NCBI GenBank assembly: GCA_965224245.1
Contig: OZ245046.1
Location: 4,032,001 to 4,096,000 of the forward strand
DNA: 64,000 nt
Direction of reading: 5' to 3'
From: Candidatus Eiseniibacteriota bacterium
Lineage (GTDB): Bacteria; Eisenbacteria; RBG-16-71-46; CAZAMP01
A model generated the notes under the pieces. It was not told the DNA's origin. It saw nothing but the letters and a program-made list of their open reading frames with translations, and made no database searches. Shown piece after piece: positions 9,575 through 19,294 of this stretch. Within the stretch, counting starts at the first letter, position 1, and every line of letters starts with the position of its first letter. The position numbers and the translations under genes were made by a program.

Positions 9575-10809
9575 GCGCGCGACCCGGCGCCGGGCCGCTC
9601 GCGCGAGCGCGCCGCCATCAGTCGCGCGTAGAGGGTCTCGATGTCGCGCACCATGACCCCGACGTCGAACGCCGCGGCGCGGGCGCGGCCGTCGGCGCCG
9701 AGACGCGCGCGCGAGGCCGGATCGTCGACGAGCTCGAGCACGTGCCGCGCGAGCGCGCCCGGCTCCGCCGGCGGCACGAGGAAGCCGTTCTCGCCGGGAA
9801 CGATCGCCTCGCCGCTGCCGTCGACCTCGGTGGCCACGATGGGCAGACCGGCCGCCATCGCCTGGGGCAGCACACGCGGGAGTCCCTCCCAGCGAGACGA
9901 CAGCACGAACACGTCGAACGTGGCCAGGAGATCGGGAACGTCGTGTCGCAGCCCCAGGAGGCGCACGCGATCTCCGAGTGCGCGGGTGGCGAGATCCGCC
10001 TCGACGCGTGCCCGTAGCGGCCCGTCGCCCACGATCACCCCGATGACGTCGGGGCGATTCCGGCAAACGGCGTCGATCGCGGCCACGAAGTCCAGCGGCG
10101 CCTTCTGCGGTGAGAGCCGCATGACGCTGCCGACGACGATCTGCTCGGGCGCGATGCCGAGCTCGGCACGCACGGCGTCTCGCGAGCGCGAGGGCGTCTG
10201 GAACCGTGCGACGTCGATCCCGCTGCGAATCGTCGTGTACTGCTCGGGCCGACCGATGCCGAGCGCGAGTCCCTTCTCGGCGTCTCGCGGCGTCACGGTG
10301 ACCAGCGCGTCGGCGAGGCGCGCCGTTCGACGTTCCAGCGTGACGTACGCGCCGCGCACGATCGCGGGCTGTCGGTCGTGAAAGCCCCATCCGTGCACGG
10401 TGTGCACGACGATCGGAACGCCGGCCAGGTGAGCGGCGACGCGTCCGACGATTCCGGCCTTGGAGCTGTGCGTGTGCACGATGTCGTAGCGCCCGCGCCG
10501 GAAGACCGAGGCGAGACGCCACGTCGCGATCGGATCCAGCACCGGGTTCACCTCGCGTCTCAGCGAGGGAACGGAGATGGCCCGGATCCCCGCCCGCTCG
10601 GCGTCGGGGATCAGCGTGCCCTCGGGACCGAACGTGGGACCGACGACGAGATCGGCGTCGAAGGTGCCGTTGCGGCGGTGCCCGATGACCGACGCGAGCG
10701 TGTTCTCCTGCGCGCCGCCGACGATCAGCCGGGTGATCACGTGCGCGACGCGCGCGCGGGCCGCCGCGGCGGTCACTCGCTCGGTGTCGTCGGTCGCCAG
10801 GCCGTTCAC
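9571..10809 (-). CDS. Glycosyltransferase family 4
   Basis: 'HVITRLIVGGAQENT', 'HTHSSKAG', 'RLSPQKAP', 'SRWEGLPRVLPQAMAAG'. GGAGGAGG RBS. Confidence 0.93.
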   Translation of the reverse strand: MNGLATDDTERVTAAAARARVAHVITRLIVGGAQENTLASVIGHRRNGTFDADLVVGPTFGPEGTLIPDAERAGIRAISVPSLRREVNPVLDPIATWRLASVFRRGRYDIVHTHSSKAGIVGRVAAHLAGVPIVVHTVHGWGFHDRQPAIVRGAYVTLERRTARLADALVTVTPRDAEKGLALGIGRPEQYTTIRSGIDVARFQTPSRSRDAVRAELGIAPEQIVVGSVMRLSPQKAPLDFVAAIDAVCRNRPDVIGVIVGDGPLRARVEADLATRALGDRVRLLGLRHDVPDLLATFDVFVLSSRWEGLPRVLPQAMAAGLPIVATEVDGSGEAIVPGENGFLVPPAEPGALARHVLELVDDPASRARLGADGRARAAAFDVGVMVRDIETLYARLMAARSRERPGAGSRA

Positions 10810-10906
10810 GTCGCCGCCTCCTCCTCACGCGCTCTCCGTGGCCGCCGGATGGTAGCAAATCACGTGGCCCGACAGCCGGACTCGGCAGAACGGACGGGCA
10901 CCCGGA

Positions 10907-12502
10907 TCAGGGGATCGGCACGGTGATCGCACCCGAAGGTGAGACGATGGGCTCCGGGCCGCTCCGCGCCGCGTACGCCTGCACGAGCGACGCGTCGAGC
11001 CCCTCGATCGGGGGCGCGAAGATCGCGACGGCGTCGCCGACGATCGCGCCGAGCGTGTCGAGATCCGCCGGCACCGGCGCCCAGACCGACGGCACATCCC
11101 AGATGCAGCTGACGATCGTGGGGACGTTCGAGACCACGACGCCGGGCGGCGGCCCCGTCAGCGCGGCGATCGCGGTGACCGCGTCGGCCGCGGGACGCGC
11201 CGGCGTCGCCGAGGTGACATGCAGCCCGAAGCGGACGACCGCCACGATCGTGATGGCGATGAGGACCGCCCTCACGCGACCGGGCGGCCATGCACGCGTG
11301 GCGGCGACGGCGGCGACCGCGATCAGAGGAAGGGCGGCGGCGAGGAATCGGGACGCGTACTCGAGAGGTGCCAGCACGAGCACCAGAGTCGCCGGCACCC
11401 CGACGGCCGCCACCACGAGCCACCTCGCCTCGTCGTCGCGCCAGAGCCGAACCACGCCGGCCAGCGCGAGCACGATCAGAGCCGGCAGCGGCCAGATCGC
11501 CAGATCGCGCCCGTAGCGCGCCAGATTCCGCACCGTCTTGCGAGCCACGTCCTCGGGGTGTTCACGGACGAACGCCAGCGGACCCTCCTCGCGAACGGCG
11601 AGGGTCCGAGACGCCGTCCAGCCCGGGTAGGCGGTCGTGTCGTGATACAGAAGCGAGGTCGCGTTGTAGAACGGACGCCCCGTCACCGTGGCGACGTGCA
11701 TCGACCAGGGCGCGGCACAGAGCGCCATCGCGCCCACCAGGATCAGCGCGCGCAGGGGCCGATCACGCGGGCTCGCCACGGCGGTGAGCCCGAGCCAGAC
11801 GGGCGTCAGCAGGAAGAGCTCGACGCGCACGAGCCCCGCCGACCCCACCACGACGCCGGCCAGGAGCGCGCCCGGACGCGACGCCGCGCGCGAGGTCGCG
11901 AGGACCCCGATCAGGACGAGCGCGACCGCCGCCGGCGTGGCCACCAGCGGCTCGCCGACACCGACGACGACCGGGCACAGGACCGTCCACGCCGCGGCGG
12001 CCGCCGCCGCGAACACGCCCACGCGGCGGTGGGCGAGCGCGAACACGAGCAGGGGGATCACGACGATCGCCAGCCCCTGCACACCGAGCATCGCATCGGG
12101 ATGGCCGCCCGAGAGCCGGAGCGCCGCCCCGATCGCCAGCGGAAACCCCGGCGGACGCCAGAGGAGTGGAAACGTCCCCGTCTCGGAGAACGCGGCTCGC
12201 GACTCGGGCAGGAAGGGAGGGTACGTGAACAGGCTCTCGAACGGCCGCCCCGCCGCGACCTGCCACCCCAGCTGGAGGTAGTCCCACGCATCCGACGTGG
12301 CCCCGACCGCGGCCGGGTTGGGCACGTCGACGCCGGCGCCGTCGCCGCGCGTGATCTCGACCGCGCGGAGGGGCGCCAGCGTCACCCCGGCCACGATCGC
12401 GCCGAGGACCGCCAGGCCCGGCCACGCCCAGAAGCCGGGCCGCCGCGCGCGTGCCCTATCGCTCACCACGCGCCCCTCGGACTCGCGTGCCACCGTGTAC
12501 AC
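10907..12502 (-). CDS. Polytopic GT-C (ArnT/PMT-like) glycosyltransferase
   Basis: First loop 'SDAWDYLQLG', 'WRPPGFPL', many TM helices, late 'RFLAAALP'. Start position uncertain. Confidence 0.7.
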   Translation of the reverse strand: MYTVARESEGRVVSDRARARRPGFWAWPGLAVLGAIVAGVTLAPLRAVEITRGDGAGVDVPNPAAVGATSDAWDYLQLGWQVAAGRPFESLFTYPPFLPESRAAFSETGTFPLLWRPPGFPLAIGAALRLSGGHPDAMLGVQGLAIVVIPLLVFALAHRRVGVFAAAAAAAWTVLCPVVVGVGEPLVATPAAVALVLIGVLATSRAASRPGALLAGVVVGSAGLVRVELFLLTPVWLGLTAVASPRDRPLRALILVGAMALCAAPWSMHVATVTGRPFYNATSLLYHDTTAYPGWTASRTLAVREEGPLAFVREHPEDVARKTVRNLARYGRDLAIWPLPALIVLALAGVVRLWRDDEARWLVVAAVGVPATLVLVLAPLEYASRFLAAALPLIAVAAVAATRAWPPGRVRAVLIAITIVAVVRFGLHVTSATPARPAADAVTAIAALTGPPPGVVVSNVPTIVSCIWDVPSVWAPVPADLDTLGAIVGDAVAIFAPPIEGLDASLVQAYAARSGPEPIVSPSGAITVPIP

Positions 12503-12639
12503 CCAGGTGCGATCGACCAGTTCGTCGAACCGTGGGGGCCATTCGACCGTCGGATCCGGCTACCCGGCGAGCCGCCACTGGGGGCGTAACTCATTTCATC
12601 ACAAACAAATGTCACGACAGAACCCTCGCGGCAAGACGA

Positions 12640-12655
12640 TGGCACCGGACTTGCA
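12640..12655 (+). promoter_or_regulatory. Sigma54 (RpoN) -24/-12 promoter
   Basis: TGGCACCGGACTTGCA matches TGGCAC-N5-TTGCA with GG-N10-GC spacing. AT-rich IHF-like tract at 12587-12612. Confidence 0.8.
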
Positions 12656-12665
12656 AAAGACCCGG

Positions 12666-12813
12666 CCGTGGACGCGCAACGGCGCGACGACCGGAAGCAC
12701 CGAGCCTCGAGCGGCCCGCCCACGTGCCCCGACGACGGCCGCCGGCTCGTGACCATAGATGCCCAGAGATGCCGCCGGGCCGCCCGCGAGAGATCGCGAG
12801 CGGCCCCCTTTTT
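12666..12813 (+). ncRNA. Candidate sigma54-dependent sRNA (about 150 nt)
   Basis: Lies between the sigma54 promoter and a terminator. Internal pairing CGAGCC/GGCTCG and GCGGCC/GGCCGC. No ORF with an RBS. Confidence 0.55.
12777..12813 (+). terminator. Intrinsic terminator
   Basis: GGGCCGC-c-CGCGA-GAGA-TCGCG-a-GCGGCCC followed by CCTTTTT. Confidence 0.8.
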
Positions 12814-12907
12814 GTGTGCGAGGGCGGGAGGCACCGGTCGATAATCGAACCGGCTCGTAACGGGGTCTCGCGCACCCCACACCCCCCGCCGCACGAACGG
12901 ACTCGTC

Positions 12908-14602
12908 GTGACCGAGGACATCGCCGCGCCAGACGCACCCCGGGATCGGAGTCTCGTGCCCCTCGCGATCGTCTTCTGCGTGGTGTCGCTGGGGATCCTG
13001 GCCGTCGCGCAGCGGGGACAGCTGGCAATCGAGATGCCCCACGACGGCGCACACTACCTGGCGCTGGCGCGCAGCCTGCTGCGCGGAGAGGGTTTCGCGA
13101 ACACGACGCACTGGGCGCTCTCGCTCCCCAAGGACTCGCTTCCCTACCCGGACACCTACCGGGCGCCCCTGTATCCGACGTTGATCGCGGGCGCGGCCTG
13201 GATCTCCGGCGCGGCGCGCGATGCCCATCTCTTCGGTGCGGCGAAGCTGGTATCGGTCCTGTTCGGTGCGTGCATCGCGCCCGTCACGTTCGTGTTCGCG
13301 CGACGCCGCCTCGGCGCGGGGACCGGCACCGCGATCGTGGCCGGCGCGATCACGCTCGTGCACCACCATCTCGTCATCGCCGGAACCAAACCGCTCACCG
13401 AGGCCGTGTACACCCCGCTGGCGCTCGGCGGGCTCTTTCTGATCACGGGCCCACGGCCCCGCCCATTCCTGGCCGGGCTGGCCGCGGGATTGGCGATCCT
13501 GACCCGCTACCAGGGGCTCGTGCTGCTGCCGGCGTTCGCGGTGGCCTACCTGTTTCAGTCTCGATCCGAGGCGGTCGAGACGGCCGCGCGTCGATTCGGC
13601 CGGTGGGCGCGCGGCGCCGCGCTCATCGCGGTGGCCGCCGTGGCCGTCCTCGCCCCGTGGCTCTGGCGAAACGCCCAGGTCACGGGATCGCCGTTCTACA
13701 CCGACCTGACCTATCACCTCGTCTCCACGGCCGATCCCCGCGTGTCGTTCTACGAGTACTTCCATCGGCCGACGCCGTCGCCCATACCCATCGACTACGG
13801 CCTGGCCAACCTCGAGAGCGCGGCCGTCCTGTTCGCGTACCGACTCTCTCAGATCGCCCGCAACATCGCCATCGACAACGCGGGCAATCCGGTCCTCCTC
13901 CTCCTTGCGATGATCGGCCTGGTGACCGTCGTGCGCGGTGCCCGCACCGATCGACAGCGGCACCACGACGTTCTCGGCGTGATCGTGTTCGTGCTGCTCA
14001 ACGTGGCGCTCGCCGGCGTGTCCTTCGCGAAGTCGCGGCTGATGATGGTCGTGGACCCGCTGGCGGCGATCCTGGCCGCCTCGGCCGTCTCCGCGCTCTG
14101 GTCCGGCATCCCGTCGCGATCGCATCTGCGCTGGGGTGCACGCATCGCCGGGCTGGCGCTTCTCATCGGCGGCGTCGGGTGGGAGGTGGATCGGAGCATC
14201 CGGAAGCTCGCGCGCGTCGAGCCGTCGGAGTACGCCTGGGCCGACGCCGTCGCGGGAGTGATCGGCGGCGACGTGGATCCCGGCGAGACCGTCATGGCCG
14301 CCTCTCCGTACCATTTCGCCGAACGACTCGACTGCTTCGCGGTCTCGCTCCCGTATGGGCCCGATTCGACGATCCGACAGATCGCCCGCCAGTTTCACAC
14401 GCGGTACGTCGTCGTGGGCGCGTCACCCTCCAAGCGCCTCTACCCGGGTTCGTTCCTGGAAAGGGGGCCCGCCCCACCCTGGATTCGCCGCGTGCGGGAA
14501 CTGACCGCGCCCGACGTCGTCCTATACGAGGTCGACCTCGCGGCGCTCGGCCCGGCGGCGCCGAGCCCGGACGATCGGGCCGTCCGGCCCGAACGCGACT
14601 AG
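12908..14602 (+). CDS. Polytopic GT-C (ArnT/GT39-like) glycosyltransferase
   Basis: 'HDGAHYLALARSLLRGEGF', 'YRAPLYP', 'LTEAVY', 'LAILTRYQG', 'PWLWRN'. Confidence 0.85.
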   Translation: MTEDIAAPDAPRDRSLVPLAIVFCVVSLGILAVAQRGQLAIEMPHDGAHYLALARSLLRGEGFANTTHWALSLPKDSLPYPDTYRAPLYPTLIAGAAWISGAARDAHLFGAAKLVSVLFGACIAPVTFVFARRRLGAGTGTAIVAGAITLVHHHLVIAGTKPLTEAVYTPLALGGLFLITGPRPRPFLAGLAAGLAILTRYQGLVLLPAFAVAYLFQSRSEAVETAARRFGRWARGAALIAVAAVAVLAPWLWRNAQVTGSPFYTDLTYHLVSTADPRVSFYEYFHRPTPSPIPIDYGLANLESAAVLFAYRLSQIARNIAIDNAGNPVLLLLAMIGLVTVVRGARTDRQRHHDVLGVIVFVLLNVALAGVSFAKSRLMMVVDPLAAILAASAVSALWSGIPSRSHLRWGARIAGLALLIGGVGWEVDRSIRKLARVEPSEYAWADAVAGVIGGDVDPGETVMAASPYHFAERLDCFAVSLPYGPDSTIRQIARQFHTRYVVVGASPSKRLYPGSFLERGPAPPWIRRVRELTAPDVVLYEVDLAALGPAAPSPDDRAVRPERD

Positions 14603-14671
14603 TCCTGGAGACGATCCACTGCGTATCATGTCCCCTCGCGCTCTCGAGCACCATCCACGTCCGGAGGACGC

Positions 14672-16237
14672 GTGAAGTCATACACTCTCAGCTCGATCGT
14701 GCCGCCCCTGGCCGGGGCGGCGTTCCTCGTCGGTGCATCCGTGCTGGTCGGGATCCCCGACTCGCTCGCCGGAGACGCACCCGGCGGGTCCGAGGACGGC
14801 ACCGGTGCCGTCGTGTCCGACGACGACCTCGGCGGTGAGTCGCAGGATCTCGGCGACGGGTCCGAGCCGGCGGAAGGCACTTCCCCCAGCGCGGTCGAGA
14901 TCCGCCTCTATGCCCCGCGGGCACAGGCGCGGAAGGGCTACTTCGCCGAGGCGGACTCGCTGTGCCGCGCGGCCATCGCGAAGTTCGAGGAGACCTACGG
15001 CCCCGAGTCCATGGCGGTCGTGGAAGGGGCCTCGCTCCTGCTCGAGATCATGTGGCGCTCGAACGACACGGCCGGCAAGGACGGCCGCGCGTGGGGCGAT
15101 CGCGCGATCCGCATCGCCGAGTCACACGTCGGCGAGCGGGGTATCGAGCTGGCCGATCTCCTGAACAACTACGGCGCCTTCCTTCACGCCGACGGCGACG
15201 CCGAGCGCGCCGAGGAGATGTACCGGCGCTGCCTGGACATCCGTGAGGAGAACGACGGGCCGGAGGCCCCGAGCGTGGCCCGCGTGCTCAACAACATGGG
15301 CACGCTCCATGTCTCGACCGGTCGCCTCGAGGAGGCCGAGAAGGCGCATCGCCGCGCGATCGACATCCTCACCGTCAACTTCGGGCAGCGGCATCGGAGC
15401 CTCGCGACCAGCTACAACAACATGGCCAACGTCGTCGGTCGGATGGGCCGGCGCGAGGAGGCCGTCGCCTACTTCGAGAAGGCGCTGGCGCTCCGCGAGG
15501 AGCTCGACGGCGAGAATCACATCGCCGTGGCCCGCGTGCTGTTCAACCTGGGCGGCCTCAACTTCGAGCTGGGCAATACGGACGTGGCGCGCGAGCAGTT
15601 CGAGCGGGCGATGTCGATCCAGCTCGAGTTCTTCGGCGAGGACAACCTCGTCTGCGCACCCGGGCTTCACAACCTGGCCAACCTGTACGCGGCGATCGGC
15701 GAGTACGCGGAGGCCCGGTCGCGACTGGAGCAGGTCGTCACGATCTACGAGATCCACTCGCCGGGATCGGAGGATCTGGCGGCGAGCGTCAACGACCTGG
15801 GGCGGCTCACGTGGAAGGGCGGCTGGCGGCAGGACGCGACCCAGAGCCTGGAGTACGCATACGCGCTGCGGTCCGAGCTCTACGGCGCCGGCGATCCCGC
15901 GCTGGAGCGGCCGTTGACCGGGTTCCCGTGGGTTCGGGTCACGCCCGGCGACGCGCCGGCGACGCTGGCGCTCGAGCCGGGATCGGACGCATTCGTGCTC
16001 GCGGTGCCGGTCGGGGACGACCCGGGCGAACGGATGCGCGTGCGCGTCGTGGACGCGCGCGACGAGACGATCGCGGACGAGACCGTGCTCGGGAGCCGGA
16101 TGTCGAGGCCGCTCGTGTTCCTGACGATCGCGCGACCGGATCTCGAGCCCGGCACGTACCACGTGCGGGTCGAAGATGGCTCGGACGACACGCACCGCTA
16201 CACGTTCGAGCTGCGAGCGTCGCGTGATGCGGGCTAG
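14672..16237 (+). CDS. Exported TPR (TPR_12-type) protein with C-terminal Ig-like domain
   Basis: GGAGG RBS and signal/anchor helix. About seven 42-aa repeats such as 'VARVLNNMG', 'LATSYNNMA'. Confidence 0.85.
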   Translation: MKSYTLSSIVPPLAGAAFLVGASVLVGIPDSLAGDAPGGSEDGTGAVVSDDDLGGESQDLGDGSEPAEGTSPSAVEIRLYAPRAQARKGYFAEADSLCRAAIAKFEETYGPESMAVVEGASLLLEIMWRSNDTAGKDGRAWGDRAIRIAESHVGERGIELADLLNNYGAFLHADGDAERAEEMYRRCLDIREENDGPEAPSVARVLNNMGTLHVSTGRLEEAEKAHRRAIDILTVNFGQRHRSLATSYNNMANVVGRMGRREEAVAYFEKALALREELDGENHIAVARVLFNLGGLNFELGNTDVAREQFERAMSIQLEFFGEDNLVCAPGLHNLANLYAAIGEYAEARSRLEQVVTIYEIHSPGSEDLAASVNDLGRLTWKGGWRQDATQSLEYAYALRSELYGAGDPALERPLTGFPWVRVTPGDAPATLALEPGSDAFVLAVPVGDDPGERMRVRVVDARDETIADETVLGSRMSRPLVFLTIARPDLEPGTYHVRVEDGSDDTHRYTFELRASRDAG

Positions 16238-18083
16238 CTCCCGCCGGTTCGGATCGGGCCTTCTGTGCGTGATCGCCGCCGGCGCGGCGCTGCTGGCGGC
16301 GGTCCCGGGCTGCCGGATCCTCTCGACCGGCCGACCCAACGTCGTCCTGATCACGCTCGACACGACGCGCGCCGATCGCCTCGGATGCTACGGATACGCC
16401 GCGGCCCAGACACCGGTCATCGACGCGCTCGCCGAGAACGGGGCGCTCTTCGAGAACGTGCGCGCGCACGCGCCGGTCACGGCACCGTCACACGCGAGCA
16501 TCCTCACCGGCACGCTCCCGACGTTTCACGGCGTCGTCGGGAACCTCCAGGCCTTGCCCCCGAGCGGGGTCACGACGCTGGCCGAGTGCTTCGCCGACGC
16601 CGGCTACACGACGGCCGCATCGGTGGGCGCGTTCGTCGTGGCCTCGGAGTGGGGACTGGATCGCGGCTTCGACGCCTACTTCGACGAGCTCCCCGAGGAC
16701 CCCGCCGGCAGTGCCAGCCTCCCGCAACGGCTGGCAGGCGAGGTCGTGGCCGACGCGATCGAGTGGCTGGATGGCGCCGCCGACGCGCCGTTCTTCCTGT
16801 GGGTGCACCTGTTCGACCCGCACGCGCCGTACGAGGCGCCGGATCCGTTTCGTCTGAAGCTGCGCGATCCCTACGACGCCGAGATCGCCTACGCCGATCA
16901 CGCGATCGGTCGCCTCCTGGCGCACCTCACCGAGATCGGCGAGCGGGACGAGACGCTCGTGGTGGTCACCGCCGACCACGGTGAGGCCCTCGGAGAGCAC
17001 GACGAGGACACGCACGGGTTCTTTCTGTACAACGAGACCCTGTCGGTACCGCTCATCTTCGACGGTCCGGGGATCGAGTCGGACGGACGTCGCGTCGAGG
17101 AGATGGTACGGACGATCGACGTGATGCCCACGATCCTCGAGCTCAGCGGCCTTCCCGCCGCACCGGGCGTGCAGGGACGTTCGCTCGTGTCCGCGATCTC
17201 CACCGGTGCGCCCCCGAGCCCCGAGCCGGCCTTCGCGCTGTCGAACGAGCTCAACCTGGCGTTCGGCTGGTCGCCCCTCCGCTCGCTCGAGCATGAGCAC
17301 TGGAAGCTCATCCGGGCGCCCAGGCCGGAGCTCTACGACCTGGACCAGGATCCCGGAGAGCTGACGAACCTCGCCTCGACCCAGCCCGACGTCGCCGCGC
17401 GGCTCGACTCCACGATGAGCGCGCTGATACAAGCCACCACCGGCAACCTGCCGACGGGCACCGGGGGAACCGTGGATCAGGCCACGCTCGAGCGGCTGCG
17501 GAGCCTCGGCTACGTCGCGGGCGGAGAACGCGGACAACAGGTCCCGCTGGACGAGGACGTCTCGGGCTTCACCGATCCCAAGGACCGCGAGGCGTACTGG
17601 GAGGGCTACAAGCGCCTCTCGTACCTCCGCGGCGACGACACGCTGGCCGAGGCGGAGGCGCTCGCGCGCGAGCTCCTGGCCGAGGATCCGGATCCGCCGC
17701 TCGTGCACTATCTATTCGGTCAGGTCCTGTGGCACAAGGCACAGCGCAGCCCGTCACCCGAGACGCTCCGGGAGGCCCGGGAGCACCTGCGGATCGCCGC
17801 GATCATGGACGAGTACCGGATCTCGTCGCTCGTGTTCGTGGGGATCATCCATGCGCAGCTCGGCGAGCTGGATCAGGCGCGCGAGGTCTTCGACGAGATC
17901 CTCCGGATCGACCCCGACGAGGCGATGTCGCACTTCAACCTGACCCTGATCCACGCGCGGCGGCAGAACTGGTCGCGCGTCGTCCATCACGGAGAGGCCG
18001 TGCTCCGGCTCATCCCCGACCACCCGGATGCTCCGGCCATTCGACGCGCGGTCGAGGGGGCGAGGAAGCGGCTCGAGCAGTAA
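16227..18083 (+). CDS. Sulfatase/alkaline-phosphatase-superfamily hydrolase with C-terminal TPRs, possible lipoprotein
   Basis: 'PNVVLITLDTTRAD', 'TAPSHASILTG', 'FDPHAPY', 'ADHGE', 'LRSLGYV'. Confidence 0.9.
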   Translation: MRASSRRFGSGLLCVIAAGAALLAAVPGCRILSTGRPNVVLITLDTTRADRLGCYGYAAAQTPVIDALAENGALFENVRAHAPVTAPSHASILTGTLPTFHGVVGNLQALPPSGVTTLAECFADAGYTTAASVGAFVVASEWGLDRGFDAYFDELPEDPAGSASLPQRLAGEVVADAIEWLDGAADAPFFLWVHLFDPHAPYEAPDPFRLKLRDPYDAEIAYADHAIGRLLAHLTEIGERDETLVVVTADHGEALGEHDEDTHGFFLYNETLSVPLIFDGPGIESDGRRVEEMVRTIDVMPTILELSGLPAAPGVQGRSLVSAISTGAPPSPEPAFALSNELNLAFGWSPLRSLEHEHWKLIRAPRPELYDLDQDPGELTNLASTQPDVAARLDSTMSALIQATTGNLPTGTGGTVDQATLERLRSLGYVAGGERGQQVPLDEDVSGFTDPKDREAYWEGYKRLSYLRGDDTLAEAEALARELLAEDPDPPLVHYLFGQVLWHKAQRSPSPETLREAREHLRIAAIMDEYRISSLVFVGIIHAQLGELDQAREVFDEILRIDPDEAMSHFNLTLIHARRQNWSRVVHHGEAVLRLIPDHPDAPAIRRAVEGARKRLEQ

Positions 18084-18137
18084 GCGGAGCTTGGGTAACG
18101 CGCCGCACCGGTCGACAAGTCACCGGGGAGGGAACCC

Positions 18138-19262
18138 GTGCACGATCACACCACAGGCGTCCGGACGCGCTCCGCCCGCTGGCTCATCGCCGTGACGCTC
18201 GTCTCGGCGGGGTCGGCGAGCACGGGCCTCGCCGCGAGCGCGACCGTCAACGCCGAAGGCACCGGTGACTACGAGACGCTGCAGGCGGCGATGTTCGCCC
18301 TCGCTCCCGGGGACACCCTCTGGCTGGAGGACGGCACCTACCTCGGCGCCCTGAACCGCAACCTGAACTTCTACGGCAAGCCCCTCGTCGTCCGTTCGGT
18401 ATCGGACGACCCGGAGCGCTGCGTCATCGACTGCGAGAACGCCGGCCGTGGCGTCGGCGTGTTCAGCGGCGAGCCTGACGGCACGCTGATCAGGGGCCTG
18501 ACCTTTCGCAACGGGTACGCCAGCGAGGAAGGTGGCGGCATCCGGCTCGACGAAGGATCTCACCTGTCGCTCGAGAACTGCGTCATCGCCGACTGCTGGG
18601 CCCCCCGGGGAGGTGGGATCGCGATCAACTACCGATCGTCCGTGTCGATGGTGAACGTCGCGGTGCTCGGCAACGAGTCCGACGCGGGGGGAGGCGCGTT
18701 CCTGTTCGGTGATTCGAGCCTGAACGTGATCGGGTCCACGATCGCCGGAAACGTCGCGTCGGCGTTCGGCGGGGGCGGGATCTGGTGCGGCGATCGTTCG
18801 GACCTCGACGTCGAGACGAGCACGATCTCGAACAACCACGCGAAGGGCTACGGCACCGGGATCTTCGCCCATGCCTACGCCACGGTGTCGATCGCCGACT
18901 CGATCGTCTGGGAGAACTGCGGGGCCGATGAGCGTGCCGCCGACATCTACACGTGGGATGACACCACGGAGCTGTCGATCGGATGCACGATCGTGGATCC
19001 CGATCGGATCGGCGGCCGTGCCGACGTCGTCGAGACAGGCAATCTGATCGCCAGCGATCCGCTATTCTGTCTCGAGAGCGTCTGTGTCGCAGGTGGCGTC
19101 ACGGGTGCGGCCGACCTCGACGTCGCGTCGAACTCGCCCGCGTTGCCGCCCAACAACCCATGCAGCCGACTTCTCGGCGCACGATCGGACGCGTGCGCGG
19201 CACAGGTCCCCGTGATCGCCCGCTCCTGGGGTGCGATCAAGGGCGCCTACCACCGCGATTGA
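18138..19262 (+). CDS. Secreted right-handed parallel beta-helix (Pmp-like) protein with C-terminal SWGxIK motif
   Basis: GGAGG RBS and signal peptide. Repeated 'GGGI' and 'N.A..GGG' units, 'DPLFC', ends 'RSWGAIKGAYHRD'. Confidence 0.85.
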   Translation: MHDHTTGVRTRSARWLIAVTLVSAGSASTGLAASATVNAEGTGDYETLQAAMFALAPGDTLWLEDGTYLGALNRNLNFYGKPLVVRSVSDDPERCVIDCENAGRGVGVFSGEPDGTLIRGLTFRNGYASEEGGGIRLDEGSHLSLENCVIADCWAPRGGGIAINYRSSVSMVNVAVLGNESDAGGGAFLFGDSSLNVIGSTIAGNVASAFGGGGIWCGDRSDLDVETSTISNNHAKGYGTGIFAHAYATVSIADSIVWENCGADERAADIYTWDDTTELSIGCTIVDPDRIGGRADVVETGNLIASDPLFCLESVCVAGGVTGAADLDVASNSPALPPNNPCSRLLGARSDACAAQVPVIARSWGAIKGAYHRD

Positions 19263-19294
19263 CACGCGTCGGGGGCACTCGGAGTCAGGGTTCC

